Of a DNA stretch of 64,000 nucleotides, positions 48,209-57,560 are shown in pieces. This DNA comes from an uncultured virus (IMG/VR IMGVR_UViG_3300017714_000002) (lineage: Duplodnaviria; Heunggongvirae; Uroviricota; Caudoviricetes), in the IMG/VR virus record IMGVR_UViG_3300017714_000002; one strand, 5' to 3'. The translations under genes and the position numbers were made by a program. The notes under the pieces were generated by a model. It worked only from the letters and a program-made list of their open reading frames with translations. It did no database searches and was not told the origin of the DNA. Each line of letters opens with the position of its first letter. The stretch's first letter is position 1.

Positions 48209-49660
48209 ATGAAATGTAAGATAACTCTGAAAGATGAAGTGAATTGCAAAGTAGAAGGCTTAGATATAGACACACGTAGAAAGTGTGAAAAAGAATTAAA
48301 GTTTTTTCTTCCTTATGCATATCACGTACCAGCTTTTAAGCTAGGTAGATGGGATGGATGTACGTCTTATTTCACTATAGGTGGAATTACGTATACTAAC
48401 CTATTAGATAAAGTATTGCCTATTATTATGGGACAGGGTTATGAAATAGATCTAAATGACTTACGTTTTAAATATGACTTTCAATTTGATCCTGTAGATG
48501 AAAACACATTTGAAAACAAAGTGTGGCCAGAAGGTCATGTTGTTGCAGGCGAGCCTGTAATTTTAAGAGACTATCAAGTAGAAATTATTAACAAGTATCT
48601 AGCAACACCACATTGTCTACAGGAGATAGCTACAGGTGCCGGTAAGACGTTAATAACCGCGGCATTAAGCAACAAAGTAGAAAAGTATGGAAGGAGCATT
48701 GTTATTGTACCTAATAAAGATTTAGTTACACAAACATATGCTGATTATGCAAATTTAGGATTAGATGTTGGCGTTTATTATGGCGACAAAAAAGAATTAG
48801 GACACACCCATACTATTTGTACTTGGCAGAGTTTAAACAGTATAAGAAAAAGATTTAAAGAAGGAGAATCAGATTTAAGTTTACAAGATTTTGCAGAAGA
48901 TGTAGTATGTGTAATAGTTGACGAAGTACATCAAGCAAAAGCAGAAGTATTAAAAGAATTACTAACAAAAGATTTTTCAAACATTCCACTAAGATGGGGT
49001 TTAACAGGCACTATACCAAAAGCTGATCATGAGAAGGTTAGTTTACAGGCTTGTTTAGGAGAAGTTACACACAAACTGGCGGCAAGTGAACTACAAGAAA
49101 AAGAAGTTCTAAGTCAATGTCATGTTAATGTAGTGCAATTAAAAGAAGTATCAGAATACAACAATTATCAAAGCGAACTAACTTACCTAACTACTAATGC
49201 TTCACGTATGAAGTATATAAGTGGTTTAATTAAAAAAGTATCTGCTTCTGGTAATACTCTTGTATTAGTAGATAGAATCAAAGCAGGTCAGCTAATATGC
49301 GATAATATAGCTGAAGCTAACTTTGTTAGTGGTGAGATGAAAACTACTACACGTAAAGATCATTATGACGACATTAATGAGGGAACTAATCAAATTGTTG
49401 TAGCAACATATGGTGTTGCGGCAGTAGGTATTAATATTCCACGTATATTTAATCTTGTTTTAATAGAACCAGGAAAGAGCTTTGTTAGAGTAATACAAAG
49501 TATTGGACGTGGTATTAGAAAAGCAGAAGACAAAGATAATGTGCAGATATGGGATATTACAAGTTCAGCTAAATTTAGTAAAAGACATCTTACAGAACGT
49601 AAGAAATTTTACAAAGAAGCAAATTATCCATTTACTATTGAAAAAGTAAATTGGCTTTAA
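48209..49660 (+). CDS. uvsW: SF2 DNA helicase, UvsW-like
   Basis: LRDYQ, ATGAGKT, VDEVH, GLTGT, GINIP and QSIGRGIR. Confidence 0.92.
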   Translation: MKCKITLKDEVNCKVEGLDIDTRRKCEKELKFFLPYAYHVPAFKLGRWDGCTSYFTIGGITYTNLLDKVLPIIMGQGYEIDLNDLRFKYDFQFDPVDENTFENKVWPEGHVVAGEPVILRDYQVEIINKYLATPHCLQEIATGAGKTLITAALSNKVEKYGRSIVIVPNKDLVTQTYADYANLGLDVGVYYGDKKELGHTHTICTWQSLNSIRKRFKEGESDLSLQDFAEDVVCVIVDEVHQAKAEVLKELLTKDFSNIPLRWGLTGTIPKADHEKVSLQACLGEVTHKLAASELQEKEVLSQCHVNVVQLKEVSEYNNYQSELTYLTTNASRMKYISGLIKKVSASGNTLVLVDRIKAGQLICDNIAEANFVSGEMKTTTRKDHYDDINEGTNQIVVATYGVAAVGINIPRIFNLVLIEPGKSFVRVIQSIGRGIRKAEDKDNVQIWDITSSAKFSKRHLTERKKFYKEANYPFTIEKVNWL

Positions 49661-49669
49661 GGAATAAAA

Positions 49670-50170
49670 ATGAAAATATTAACAGTAGACAACAATACGT
49701 ATGAACTTGACGACATACCAGATACAATAGAAGATTTAAGATACAGTATTTTAGATTATAGTAATCCTAGTCATATAGATTATTATTTTATACCACTTGT
49801 ATTCTTAGAAAGTTTTTATGCACCAGCGGCAGTACTTAAAATTGGTGAATACCAAATTACTATGCCATTAGACTGGAGTGTAGTAATATGCGATCCAAGT
49901 GTTGGAGATCCAGAAGTAGTAAGTTTAATGAGCTTAAACGATAGAGGATTTAGTGTATTTGCATTTAATCCTATTACAGGATATACACCCAAGTTTATGG
50001 ATATTCAAATTACCAATATTTATACTGACGTAAAATGGTATGCACCTAAATTAAAATTTGGACATTTACTAAATGTTCCATTAAGTGATAAACCAAATGC
50101 ACCATGTGTATTATTTGTTAAAAAAGCAAATAAACTACCGGAGGTACTTGACATAAGTGAACTTTGGTAG
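49670..50170 (+). CDS. Hypothetical protein
   Basis: SD AAGGA; 166-aa ORF. Confidence 0.65.
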   Translation: MKILTVDNNTYELDDIPDTIEDLRYSILDYSNPSHIDYYFIPLVFLESFYAPAAVLKIGEYQITMPLDWSVVICDPSVGDPEVVSLMSLNDRGFSVFAFNPITGYTPKFMDIQITNIYTDVKWYAPKLKFGHLLNVPLSDKPNAPCVLFVKKANKLPEVLDISELW

Positions 50171-50174
50171 TATT

Positions 50175-50360
50175 ATGAAGAAACAACAAGAAGATCCATT
50201 TAAACCAAAAGATACTTGTAGCATATGTGATAGTAAGTACAATGAAGATGCAGGTGGAATACAAGGACACTTTGGTATATTACCAGTTACATTTTGTGAA
50301 TGGTGTTACAGTAGCATATACGATATGATAGCACAAGACATAAAGGCAAATGATGAGTAA
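50175..50360 (+). CDS. Small CxxC...CxxC protein
   Basis: ATG at 50175; CSICD...FCEWC. Confidence 0.55.
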   Translation: MKKQQEDPFKPKDTCSICDSKYNEDAGGIQGHFGILPVTFCEWCYSSIYDMIAQDIKANDE

Positions 50361-50808
50361 GCTAGATATTAAGAGTGAAATGAGAGCAATTGATACCAAA
50401 GATAGAAAATGGTACAATAGTCTTACAGATGAAGAAAAAGGTAAATTAAGTCTTTGGCCGTTAATGAGATATACAAGTAGTGCAGGTGATAAAAACTTTA
50501 CAGAGCATTACTTAGAATGGACTAATGAAGTAGTCAATGTTCATTTTAATAAATTACGACAACATCCTGAATTACAGTTTAAACTATTACAATTAGTAGG
50601 ACTTGGCAAACCTACATTTCATCCTTGGATAGCACCGGGTAAACGAGGTAAGAAAAATAAGATACAAGAGTGGGTAGTTAAAAACTACAGTCAATTAAAT
50701 GATGACGAAGTTGATATTTTTATAAGCAATAAAACTAAAGAAGACTTTATTGAGTTATTTGAGGAATACGGAATGACTAAAAAAGAAATAAAAGAGTTAT
50801 TAAAATGA
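50350..50808 (+). CDS. Hypothetical protein, possibly clamp-loader small subunit (gp62-like)
   Basis: W.LMRYTS...N......HPELQF.LL...G...FHPWI pattern and size are reminiscent of gp62; weak call. Confidence 0.4.
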   Translation: MMSKLDIKSEMRAIDTKDRKWYNSLTDEEKGKLSLWPLMRYTSSAGDKNFTEHYLEWTNEVVNVHFNKLRQHPELQFKLLQLVGLGKPTFHPWIAPGKRGKKNKIQEWVVKNYSQLNDDEVDIFISNKTKEDFIELFEEYGMTKKEIKELLK

Positions 50809-51131
50809 AATACAATATAATGGATATTGGTGGAGAAGTTATTAAAGATAACGAAACTTACATATTAAAAGATAACAAGTTATTAAACAACCTAGTATTA
50901 AGCAGTACAGAATTACACCCATATAAGTCAACACGTGGGCATAACCATAGTGGACAAGAAGAAGTATATTACTTTGTTAAAGGAGCTGGTACTATGTGGC
51001 TAGATGATAAAGAGATGTTTGTACAAGCTGGTGATGTTGTGTTAATTGAAGATGGAGTGCATCATAGAGTCAAATGTGGACCACAAGGTTTATATTTTGT
51101 TTGTGTATTTGATGGCAAAAGGAATCATTAA
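50805..51131 (+). CDS. Cupin-domain protein
   Basis: GHNHSGQEEVYYFVKGAG...GDVVLIEDGVHHRV cupin motifs 1 and 2. Confidence 0.85.
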   Translation: MKYNIMDIGGEVIKDNETYILKDNKLLNNLVLSSTELHPYKSTRGHNHSGQEEVYYFVKGAGTMWLDDKEMFVQAGDVVLIEDGVHHRVKCGPQGLYFVCVFDGKRNH

Positions 51132-51802
51132 TGTTTAAGTGTAACTATTGTGGAAAATCATTTGCAAAAGAAAGCACACTATCAGTACATATGTGTGAAC
51201 AAAAACGTAGGTTCATGCAAAAAGATGAAAAGCACGTACAATTAGGATTTAGGTCTTATCAATTATTTTATAGAATAGGTACTAATTCTAAAAATGAAAA
51301 GACATATGATGAATTTGCAACAAGTCCATATTATACTGCATTTGTAAAATTTGGTTATTATTGTAGAGATATTGGAATAGATGATGTTCCAGCATTTACA
51401 GAATGGCTAGTTAGGAATTCAGTAAGGCTAGATCATTGGAATAGAGATTCACAATTTAAGAAGTGGATGAAAGAACGTTTAAAAACAGAAAGTGTAGATA
51501 GAGGTGTAGAACGTACTATATTATTTTTACAAGAATGGGCAAAAGAAAACGATACAACCTATAACAAATATTTTACAAAAATATCTACAAATTTAGCCGT
51601 ATTTCATATTTGTAGTGGAAAGATATCTCCTTGGGTATTGTTTCATAGTAGCGAAGCACAAGTTATGATTGATAATTTTAGTACAGAACAATTAAAAATG
51701 GTTAATGAATTTTTAGAAATAGACTATTGGCAAAGAGCCATGAGTGTAAACCCACAAGATAGTAGATGGGTTACGGAGATATTGCAAAAAGCAGAATTAT
51801 GA
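51131..51802 (+). CDS. Hypothetical protein with N-terminal zinc finger
   Basis: FKCNYCGKSF..ESTL.VHMC. Confidence 0.65.
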   Translation: MFKCNYCGKSFAKESTLSVHMCEQKRRFMQKDEKHVQLGFRSYQLFYRIGTNSKNEKTYDEFATSPYYTAFVKFGYYCRDIGIDDVPAFTEWLVRNSVRLDHWNRDSQFKKWMKERLKTESVDRGVERTILFLQEWAKENDTTYNKYFTKISTNLAVFHICSGKISPWVLFHSSEAQVMIDNFSTEQLKMVNEFLEIDYWQRAMSVNPQDSRWVTEILQKAEL

Positions 51803-51891
51803 TAATACCAATACTTTGTATATTGTGTTGTTTTATAATTCCTGTATACTTGTTATACAAAATGAATAAAGAGGATCCAAATGATAGTTAA
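51799..51891 (+). CDS. Putative 30-aa membrane peptide MIIPILCILCCFIIPVYLLYKMNKEDPNDS
   Basis: ATGA overlap with the upstream stop; fills the gap and overlaps the start of the next gene; one TM helix. Confidence 0.45.
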   Translation: MIIPILCILCCFIIPVYLLYKMNKEDPNDS

Positions 51892-52465
51892 TACAGATAT
51901 TGATATTGATGTAGCAGATAGAAACAGACTTTTAAAATTAATTAAAGGTACTACTGCTATGATATTAAAAGAAAACAAACAAACAAAACATAATACAGGC
52001 GTATACTTTCATGATATGCCTAGTAATCCATTTACAGGACTATCTAGTGTAGACTACAAAGAAGCAGAAGATATGGGTTACTTTAAAATTGATGTACTTA
52101 ATGTTGGCTTGTATAAAGATATAAAATCAAAAGAACATCTTAATCAACTGTTAGCAATGGAGCCAATGTGGGAGTTGTTAGAGCATAAAGAGGTAGTAGA
52201 AAAATGCTTTCATATACATAAACATTTTGATATAGTTAACACTTTAAAACCTAAAAGTGTTGAACAATTAGCGGCAGTACTAGCAGTAATAAGACCTGCT
52301 AAACGTCATTTGTTAAAACAAAATTGGAATAATATAAATGAAAATGTTTGGAAAAAGCCATCAGGCGATGAATACTTTTTTAAAAAAGCTCATGCTCATG
52401 CATATGCATTAGCTATTGTCTTACAATTAAATATGATGGCTACGGGCCTTTCTTTACAAGATTAA
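51881..52465 (+). CDS. dnaE: Miniature DNA polymerase III alpha (family C) catalytic-core protein
   Basis: TDIDIDVADR, KHNTGVY, GYFKIDVLNV, PKSVEQLAAVLAVIRP and YFFKKAHAHAYA occur in the same order as DnaE PDFDVDF, KHAGGV, GLVKFDFLGL, P..FED..A..AL.RPG and YGFNKSHS.AYA. Confidence 0.8.
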   Translation: MIVNTDIDIDVADRNRLLKLIKGTTAMILKENKQTKHNTGVYFHDMPSNPFTGLSSVDYKEAEDMGYFKIDVLNVGLYKDIKSKEHLNQLLAMEPMWELLEHKEVVEKCFHIHKHFDIVNTLKPKSVEQLAAVLAVIRPAKRHLLKQNWNNINENVWKKPSGDEYFFKKAHAHAYALAIVLQLNMMATGLSLQD

Positions 52466-52811
52466 TACTTCTACGTTTTATACGTTTAGTAATACTATTA
52501 CTTAATCTAACTTCGGGCCCAGCAATTACTTCCATTTGTTTAACATTAAAACTTTGTACACAATGGGCAAAGTTCCATCTATTAAGTAATGCAATGTTTA
52601 TTGGAAGTTTTCTATTAGTTTCCCACCACCATTCTTCACCTAATTCTAAAAATTTCATTTTTTCATACTCTTCGCTAAGACGATCGTAGATGTACATACT
52701 AGCCACGTGACTATCTATATTCTGCATTATACCCAGGTATTCGTTGTTGGCATACTCAATGACGGTTAAGAATGGATATTGCTCTAAGAGTTTCTGATGT
52801 TTGGTTTGCAT
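52440..52811 (-). CDS. Hypothetical protein
   Basis: 123-aa ORF with YPFLT, FLELGEEWWWETNRKLPINI; convergent overlap with the dnaE-like gene; CTAAATA box upstream on the minus strand. Confidence 0.65.
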   Translation of the reverse strand: MQTKHQKLLEQYPFLTVIEYANNEYLGIMQNIDSHVASMYIYDRLSEEYEKMKFLELGEEWWWETNRKLPINIALLNRWNFAHCVQSFNVKQMEVIAGPEVRLSNSITKRIKRRSINLVKKGP

Positions 52812-52872
52812 TCTATAGGTATTTAGCCTTTTGAAATCTCCACTTTGGATAAATACTACATAGGAGCAATAT

Positions 52873-53706
52873 ATGTCAAATTACGGAACTACATACCAAG
52901 TTAATCAAGAAGGCGATCTTTATACATTAGAAGATCACGGAACACCAGCAGGACAAGCAAAATACGCAGGTGCAAAAGGTACCGCAGTTAATAGTCCTAT
53001 GAATTATAGATTCTTAAAACTGTTTCGTGGATTTGATAATGAGTTTTTCTTTTTTATTAAAAATCAAGATAGAAAACCAGTAATGTTACAAGGTACAACA
53101 GTATATTGTTCTTTTATTGATAGAGACGATAGGTCAACTACAATAAGTAAGAAAGCAATTATCACAGATTATATACAAGGTGGTATTAAAGTAATAATAA
53201 CAGTAGGTGAAAGTGGAAGATTTTCACAAGGACATTATGATTTAGTGTTTAGTTATACTACGGATACAGGACTAACAGTTCCATTATTTTGTGATTTAAA
53301 TATGAGACCTAACTTTACTGTAGATGTAAGTGAAGAAGGTGACGCATTACCACTTACTACACAAGCAGATGAGAACTTTCAACAACAAACAGTAAACAAT
53401 CAAACATTCTATTACAGTAGTTCATTAAAAGCAACAGGTTATTATGATAAACCAAATGGATTAGTAACAATAGGAGTATATGGTACAGGTTATACTGGTA
53501 ATTTTTATATGCAAGGTACTTTAAGTGATAACCCTACAGAACCAGATTGGTTTGATATCACACTTGGTACAAATACTCAAACATATTTTCCATATTTAAA
53601 CCATACAGGTATAGATCCTTGGACTTTTCGAACAAACGTTAAATATCTAAGAGCAAAATTTACTCAATCAGCAGGAACACTTGACAAAGTCGTAATTAGA
53701 GTGTAA
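52873..53706 (+). CDS. Late virion-like protein
   Basis: Late box at 52849 and SD AGGAG; beta-rich T/G/Y composition. Confidence 0.6.
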   Translation: MSNYGTTYQVNQEGDLYTLEDHGTPAGQAKYAGAKGTAVNSPMNYRFLKLFRGFDNEFFFFIKNQDRKPVMLQGTTVYCSFIDRDDRSTTISKKAIITDYIQGGIKVIITVGESGRFSQGHYDLVFSYTTDTGLTVPLFCDLNMRPNFTVDVSEEGDALPLTTQADENFQQQTVNNQTFYYSSSLKATGYYDKPNGLVTIGVYGTGYTGNFYMQGTLSDNPTEPDWFDITLGTNTQTYFPYLNHTGIDPWTFRTNVKYLRAKFTQSAGTLDKVVIRV

Positions 53707-53709
53707 TAT
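53681..53709 (+). promoter_or_regulatory. sigma70-type promoter, leaderless configuration
   Basis: TTGACA-N17-TAATAT-N6-ATG(53716); lies inside the 3' end of the upstream gene. Confidence 0.7.
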
Positions 53710-53715
53710 ACACTT

Positions 53716-54726
53716 ATGACTTTAATGAATGACTACGTTCGAACTCTGATACCTACTAACTGGCGAAGTAACCCCAATGGGTGGGTTTCTGGTAATTGTC
53801 CTATGTGTGTAAGAAACGGTGAAAGCAGGCCAGATACAAAAGGCAGAGGTGGTTTTTATTTTGAAGAAGATCATTTTCAATATAATTGTTTTAATTGCAA
53901 TTATAAAACAGGGTATACACAACATAATAGAATAACAAACAAATTAAAAAAATTATTAACTATATTAGGTGCAGATGAAAACGATATACATCGTATTCAA
54001 CTAGAGTTATTACGTGAGCAAGATGTTGCTACGTTATTAATTAAAAAAGAAAAACCAAAGCAATTAAATATTGGTTGGGATAAAAAAGATTTACCAGAGG
54101 GTGCAAAGCCGTTTATGGAATTTAAAGATCCTGATCAAAATTGGATTGATGCAGTATCATATTTAACTAGTAGAGGATTTGATGTAACTGACTCTAGACT
54201 TATGTATAGCCCTAGTAAACAATTTGGTAGAATGAACAGAAGATTTATTATACCATTTACGTATAAGAATGATATAGTAGGCTATACTGCTAGATGGATA
54301 GGAACTCCACCTAAGGAAGTAGCAAAATATTATAATCAACAACCTAAAGCAGATTTTGTATATGGGCTTGATAGGCAAACAAGAAATAGAGAAATGGTTA
54401 TAGTTACAGAAGGTCAACTTGATGCTATAGTAACAGATGGTTGTGCTACAGGTAGAAATAATATAAACGAAGAACAGGCTGAGATATTAAAAAGCCTTGA
54501 TAAAGAAATTATAGTATTACCAGATTTAGATGAACCTGGTAAAATGATGTGTAAGTCTGCTATAAAACATGGTTTCAGTGTATCCTTTCCAGAATGGAAA
54601 GATTGTAAAGATGCAAGTGATGCCTTGACAAAATACGGAAGATTGTATACAATAAGAAGTATTATAAATAGTAGGCACAAAAATCCAACAAAAATTGAAC
54701 TATTAATGAGGAAGGTTTGCAAATGA
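53716..54726 (+). CDS. gp61: DnaG-type primase (Zn finger + TOPRIM)
   Basis: CPMC...CFNC, RRFIIPF...VGYTAR...KYYN, VTEGQLD, PDLD and KDASD; directly upstream of the helicase. Confidence 0.85.
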   Translation: MTLMNDYVRTLIPTNWRSNPNGWVSGNCPMCVRNGESRPDTKGRGGFYFEEDHFQYNCFNCNYKTGYTQHNRITNKLKKLLTILGADENDIHRIQLELLREQDVATLLIKKEKPKQLNIGWDKKDLPEGAKPFMEFKDPDQNWIDAVSYLTSRGFDVTDSRLMYSPSKQFGRMNRRFIIPFTYKNDIVGYTARWIGTPPKEVAKYYNQQPKADFVYGLDRQTRNREMVIVTEGQLDAIVTDGCATGRNNINEEQAEILKSLDKEIIVLPDLDEPGKMMCKSAIKHGFSVSFPEWKDCKDASDALTKYGRLYTIRSIINSRHKNPTKIELLMRKVCK

Positions 54727-56123
54727 ACGAAGGTAAAGAATATTCAGTAGATCTACAAAGATTGTTTGTAGAATTCTTGTCACAAGATCAAGATTTATTT
54801 GTTAGAGTAAATGCAATATTAAATCCTGAATTCTTTGACAGAGAGCTACGTAAAACCGTCGAATTTGTACAAAGTCATGCAACAGAATATCAAGCATTGC
54901 CTACACTAGATCAAATTAAAGCAATCTCAAATTTAGAACTACAGCCATTAAAAGATGTTGATGATAGACATAAGAAATGGTTTATAGATGAGTTTGAAAT
55001 ATTTTGTAGACATAAAGCATTAGAAAGTGCAATTTTAAAAAGTGCTGATCTTTTAGAAAAGGGCGAATATGGTCCTGTAGAAAGAATGGTAAAAGAAGCA
55101 GTACAATTAGGTTTAGCAAAACATATGGGTACAGATTATTGGAAAAGTCCAGCTGAACGTATTGAACGTATAAGAAATCAAAGAGGTGGTATTAGCACAG
55201 GTTGGGCTGAAGTAGATAAAAAACTATATGGTGGATTTAACAGAGGAGAATTAAATATATTTGCCGCACCGTCAGGTGGTGGTAAAAGTTTGTTCTTACA
55301 GAATTTGGCATTGAACTGGGCACTAGCAGGGCAAAATGTAATTTATATTAGTTTAGAATTAAGTGAAGAACTATGTAGTATGCGATTAGATAGTATGCTA
55401 ACAGGAATGAATACCAGAGAAGTATTTAAAAATGCAGATGATGTAGATTTAAAAGTTCGTATGCAAGGTAAAGATGCGGGTAAATTGCAAATTGTACAAT
55501 TACCTAATGGTATTACAGTTAACACTATTACAAGTTTTATTAAAGAGTATGAAGTAAAAAACAATATAAAAATTGATGGAGTATGTGTTGATTACTTAGA
55601 CTTAATGATGCCAGCACAGAGCAAAGTAAGTCCAAGTGATCTGTTTATTAAAGACAAGTTTGTATCAGAAGAATTGCGTAATTTTGCAGTAGAAAATGAT
55701 ATATTACTAGCGACAGCATCTCAGTTAAACAGAAGTGCAGTAGAAGAAGTAGAATTTGATCACTCTCATATTGCTGGTGGTTTAAGTAAAATTCAGACAG
55801 CAGATAACGTTATTGGTATTTTTAGTAGCCAAGCAATGCGTGAAAGAGGCAGATATCAAATACAGTTTATGAAGACTAGAAGTAGTAGTGGAGTGGGGCA
55901 AAAAGTAGACCTAGCATTTGACGTATCTGGGCTTCGTATTAGCGATTTAGCAGAAGAAGAGCAAGGATCTGTAGCTAATCAACCTAGTGCTATGTTTGAA
56001 AAAATTAAAGCACAGAACAAAGTAACCCATCAAGAGAAGAGTATAGCTGAAAATAGTGTAGTAGAGAACACATTATCTGGACACGACAAACTTCGAAGTA
56101 TGCTGAAAAGAAGTAATAATTAG
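54723..56123 (+). CDS. gp41: Replicative DnaB-like helicase
   Basis: ATG at 54723 (ATGA overlap). ISTGW..VD..LYGG, APSGGGKS, SLELSE, VDYLDLM, TASQLNR and KTR. Confidence 0.93.
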   Translation: MNEGKEYSVDLQRLFVEFLSQDQDLFVRVNAILNPEFFDRELRKTVEFVQSHATEYQALPTLDQIKAISNLELQPLKDVDDRHKKWFIDEFEIFCRHKALESAILKSADLLEKGEYGPVERMVKEAVQLGLAKHMGTDYWKSPAERIERIRNQRGGISTGWAEVDKKLYGGFNRGELNIFAAPSGGGKSLFLQNLALNWALAGQNVIYISLELSEELCSMRLDSMLTGMNTREVFKNADDVDLKVRMQGKDAGKLQIVQLPNGITVNTITSFIKEYEVKNNIKIDGVCVDYLDLMMPAQSKVSPSDLFIKDKFVSEELRNFAVENDILLATASQLNRSAVEEVEFDHSHIAGGLSKIQTADNVIGIFSSQAMRERGRYQIQFMKTRSSSGVGQKVDLAFDVSGLRISDLAEEEQGSVANQPSAMFEKIKAQNKVTHQEKSIAENSVVENTLSGHDKLRSMLKRSNN

Positions 56124-56163
56124 ATAAATACAGTTATAAGTAAATTATTACTGGAGAGATACA

Positions 56164-56412
56164 ATGAAAAAACGCACTCGTAGCTTGTTAGAGGAAATAA
56201 ACTCTTTAGCACCTAAGAAAGATAAAAACGCAATCCTTGAGAGTAGAGGTACCAATGCTATCAGTAGTATTATCAATATTCTTGAAATGATTGATGCAAA
56301 TTTTGATTCTGAAACAGCTCAAGATTTAAACAAAAGGATTATGTTAAGTATTAAAAATAGAGATCCCGAACGTTTTAATCGAGGTATCAAAAAAATCAGG
56401 ACATCAAGATGA
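56164..56412 (+). CDS. Late hypothetical protein
   Basis: Late box at 56124; SD GGAG. Confidence 0.6.
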   Translation: MKKRTRSLLEEINSLAPKKDKNAILESRGTNAISSIINILEMIDANFDSETAQDLNKRIMLSIKNRDPERFNRGIKKIRTSR

Positions 56413-57560
56413 AAATAAAAGAAATACTATTTGTTGGGTCTAAGAAACGTAAATCCAGAGATAACAGAAAACACAGAATTATTCAAAAAGATTTGTACAA
56501 AGCAAATCTTAAAGAAAACGCAAGAATACAACATCTTGAAGATTTAATTCTTCGTGATGGGGTAGCAGGCGGTAAAAAAGCAATCAGTACACTACATCAA
56601 GTTGAACAAAATCCTGGTTCAGTTACTATTAAATGGGACGGAAGACCAGCAATAGTATTTGGGCGTAATGAAAAAGGTGAATTTGTTTTAACTGATAAAT
56701 CAGGATTTGGTGCAGTAAAATATAATGGTAGAGTAACTAGTTCTAAAGGACTAGAAGATATGATAGTTAACAGAAACCCAGATAATGCAGACTTTGCAAA
56801 AACAATGGGTGGTATATGGGATAAAGTAGAAAGCACAGTTCCAGAAGGATTCAGAGGTTACGTTATAGGTGACCTATTATGGATGAACAAGCCTACTGAA
56901 GAAAATAATAAAATTACTCTTATGCCAAATACTACAAAGTATGAAGTTGTTGCTAATAGTGATATTGGCAAAAAGATACTCGCAAGTGAAGTAGGAGTTG
57001 TAATACATAAAGCTATAGGATTAGATGGTACTACTAGCAATGTTGATATGGGACAGTTCCAACAAGGAGCAACAATGATTATGCCACCAGTTACAATGCA
57101 AAAATCACCTGGAGTAGATCTACCTCAAGTAGATGAATTAGAAAATTATTTAAATAAGAATGCAAAAGCAATAGATGATTTATTCAATGTACCAGCAGAA
57201 CTTAAAATGAAAAATTTTGGTGAGATACTTTATCAATATATAAATGCTAGTGTAAAAAATAAATCACTAGATAATCTAGGAGCAAATTTTGTACAATGGG
57301 TACAAAGTAGTAATTTATCTGAACCTAAAAAAGAGAGATTATTAGATTATGTAAATACTAAAGCAAAAGGCTTTAATGCTACATTTAGTTTTATTAAGGG
57401 AATTAAGACTGTAAAAAATAAAGTAATTGAATTATTAGATAATCAAAAAGCTGATATACAAGCAGTAAAAGATGGCGAAGGTTATGTAGTAGATAAAGAT
57501 GTTAAGTTGGTTAATAGATCAACATTCTCACAAGCAAATTTTGCAAGGAATAATCCATGA
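56409..57560 (+). CDS. DUF6267-like protein with ligase/nucleotidyltransferase-type motifs
   Basis: RIQHLED, TIKWDGRPAIVFG (KxDG), GDLLW, GEGYV and VKLVNR..FS. Confidence 0.6.
   Translation: MKIKEILFVGSKKRKSRDNRKHRIIQKDLYKANLKENARIQHLEDLILRDGVAGGKKAISTLHQVEQNPGSVTIKWDGRPAIVFGRNEKGEFVLTDKSGFGAVKYNGRVTSSKGLEDMIVNRNPDNADFAKTMGGIWDKVESTVPEGFRGYVIGDLLWMNKPTEENNKITLMPNTTKYEVVANSDIGKKILASEVGVVIHKAIGLDGTTSNVDMGQFQQGATMIMPPVTMQKSPGVDLPQVDELENYLNKNAKAIDDLFNVPAELKMKNFGEILYQYINASVKNKSLDNLGANFVQWVQSSNLSEPKKERLLDYVNTKAKGFNATFSFIKGIKTVKNKVIELLDNQKADIQAVKDGEGYVVDKDVKLVNRSTFSQANFARNNP

Noticed and set aside
51881..52465. dnaE pseudogene or intein-split fragment
   Set aside because: The ORF has a clean SD, start and stop, its motifs span distant parts of DnaE with internal compaction, and no intein-like termini were seen.
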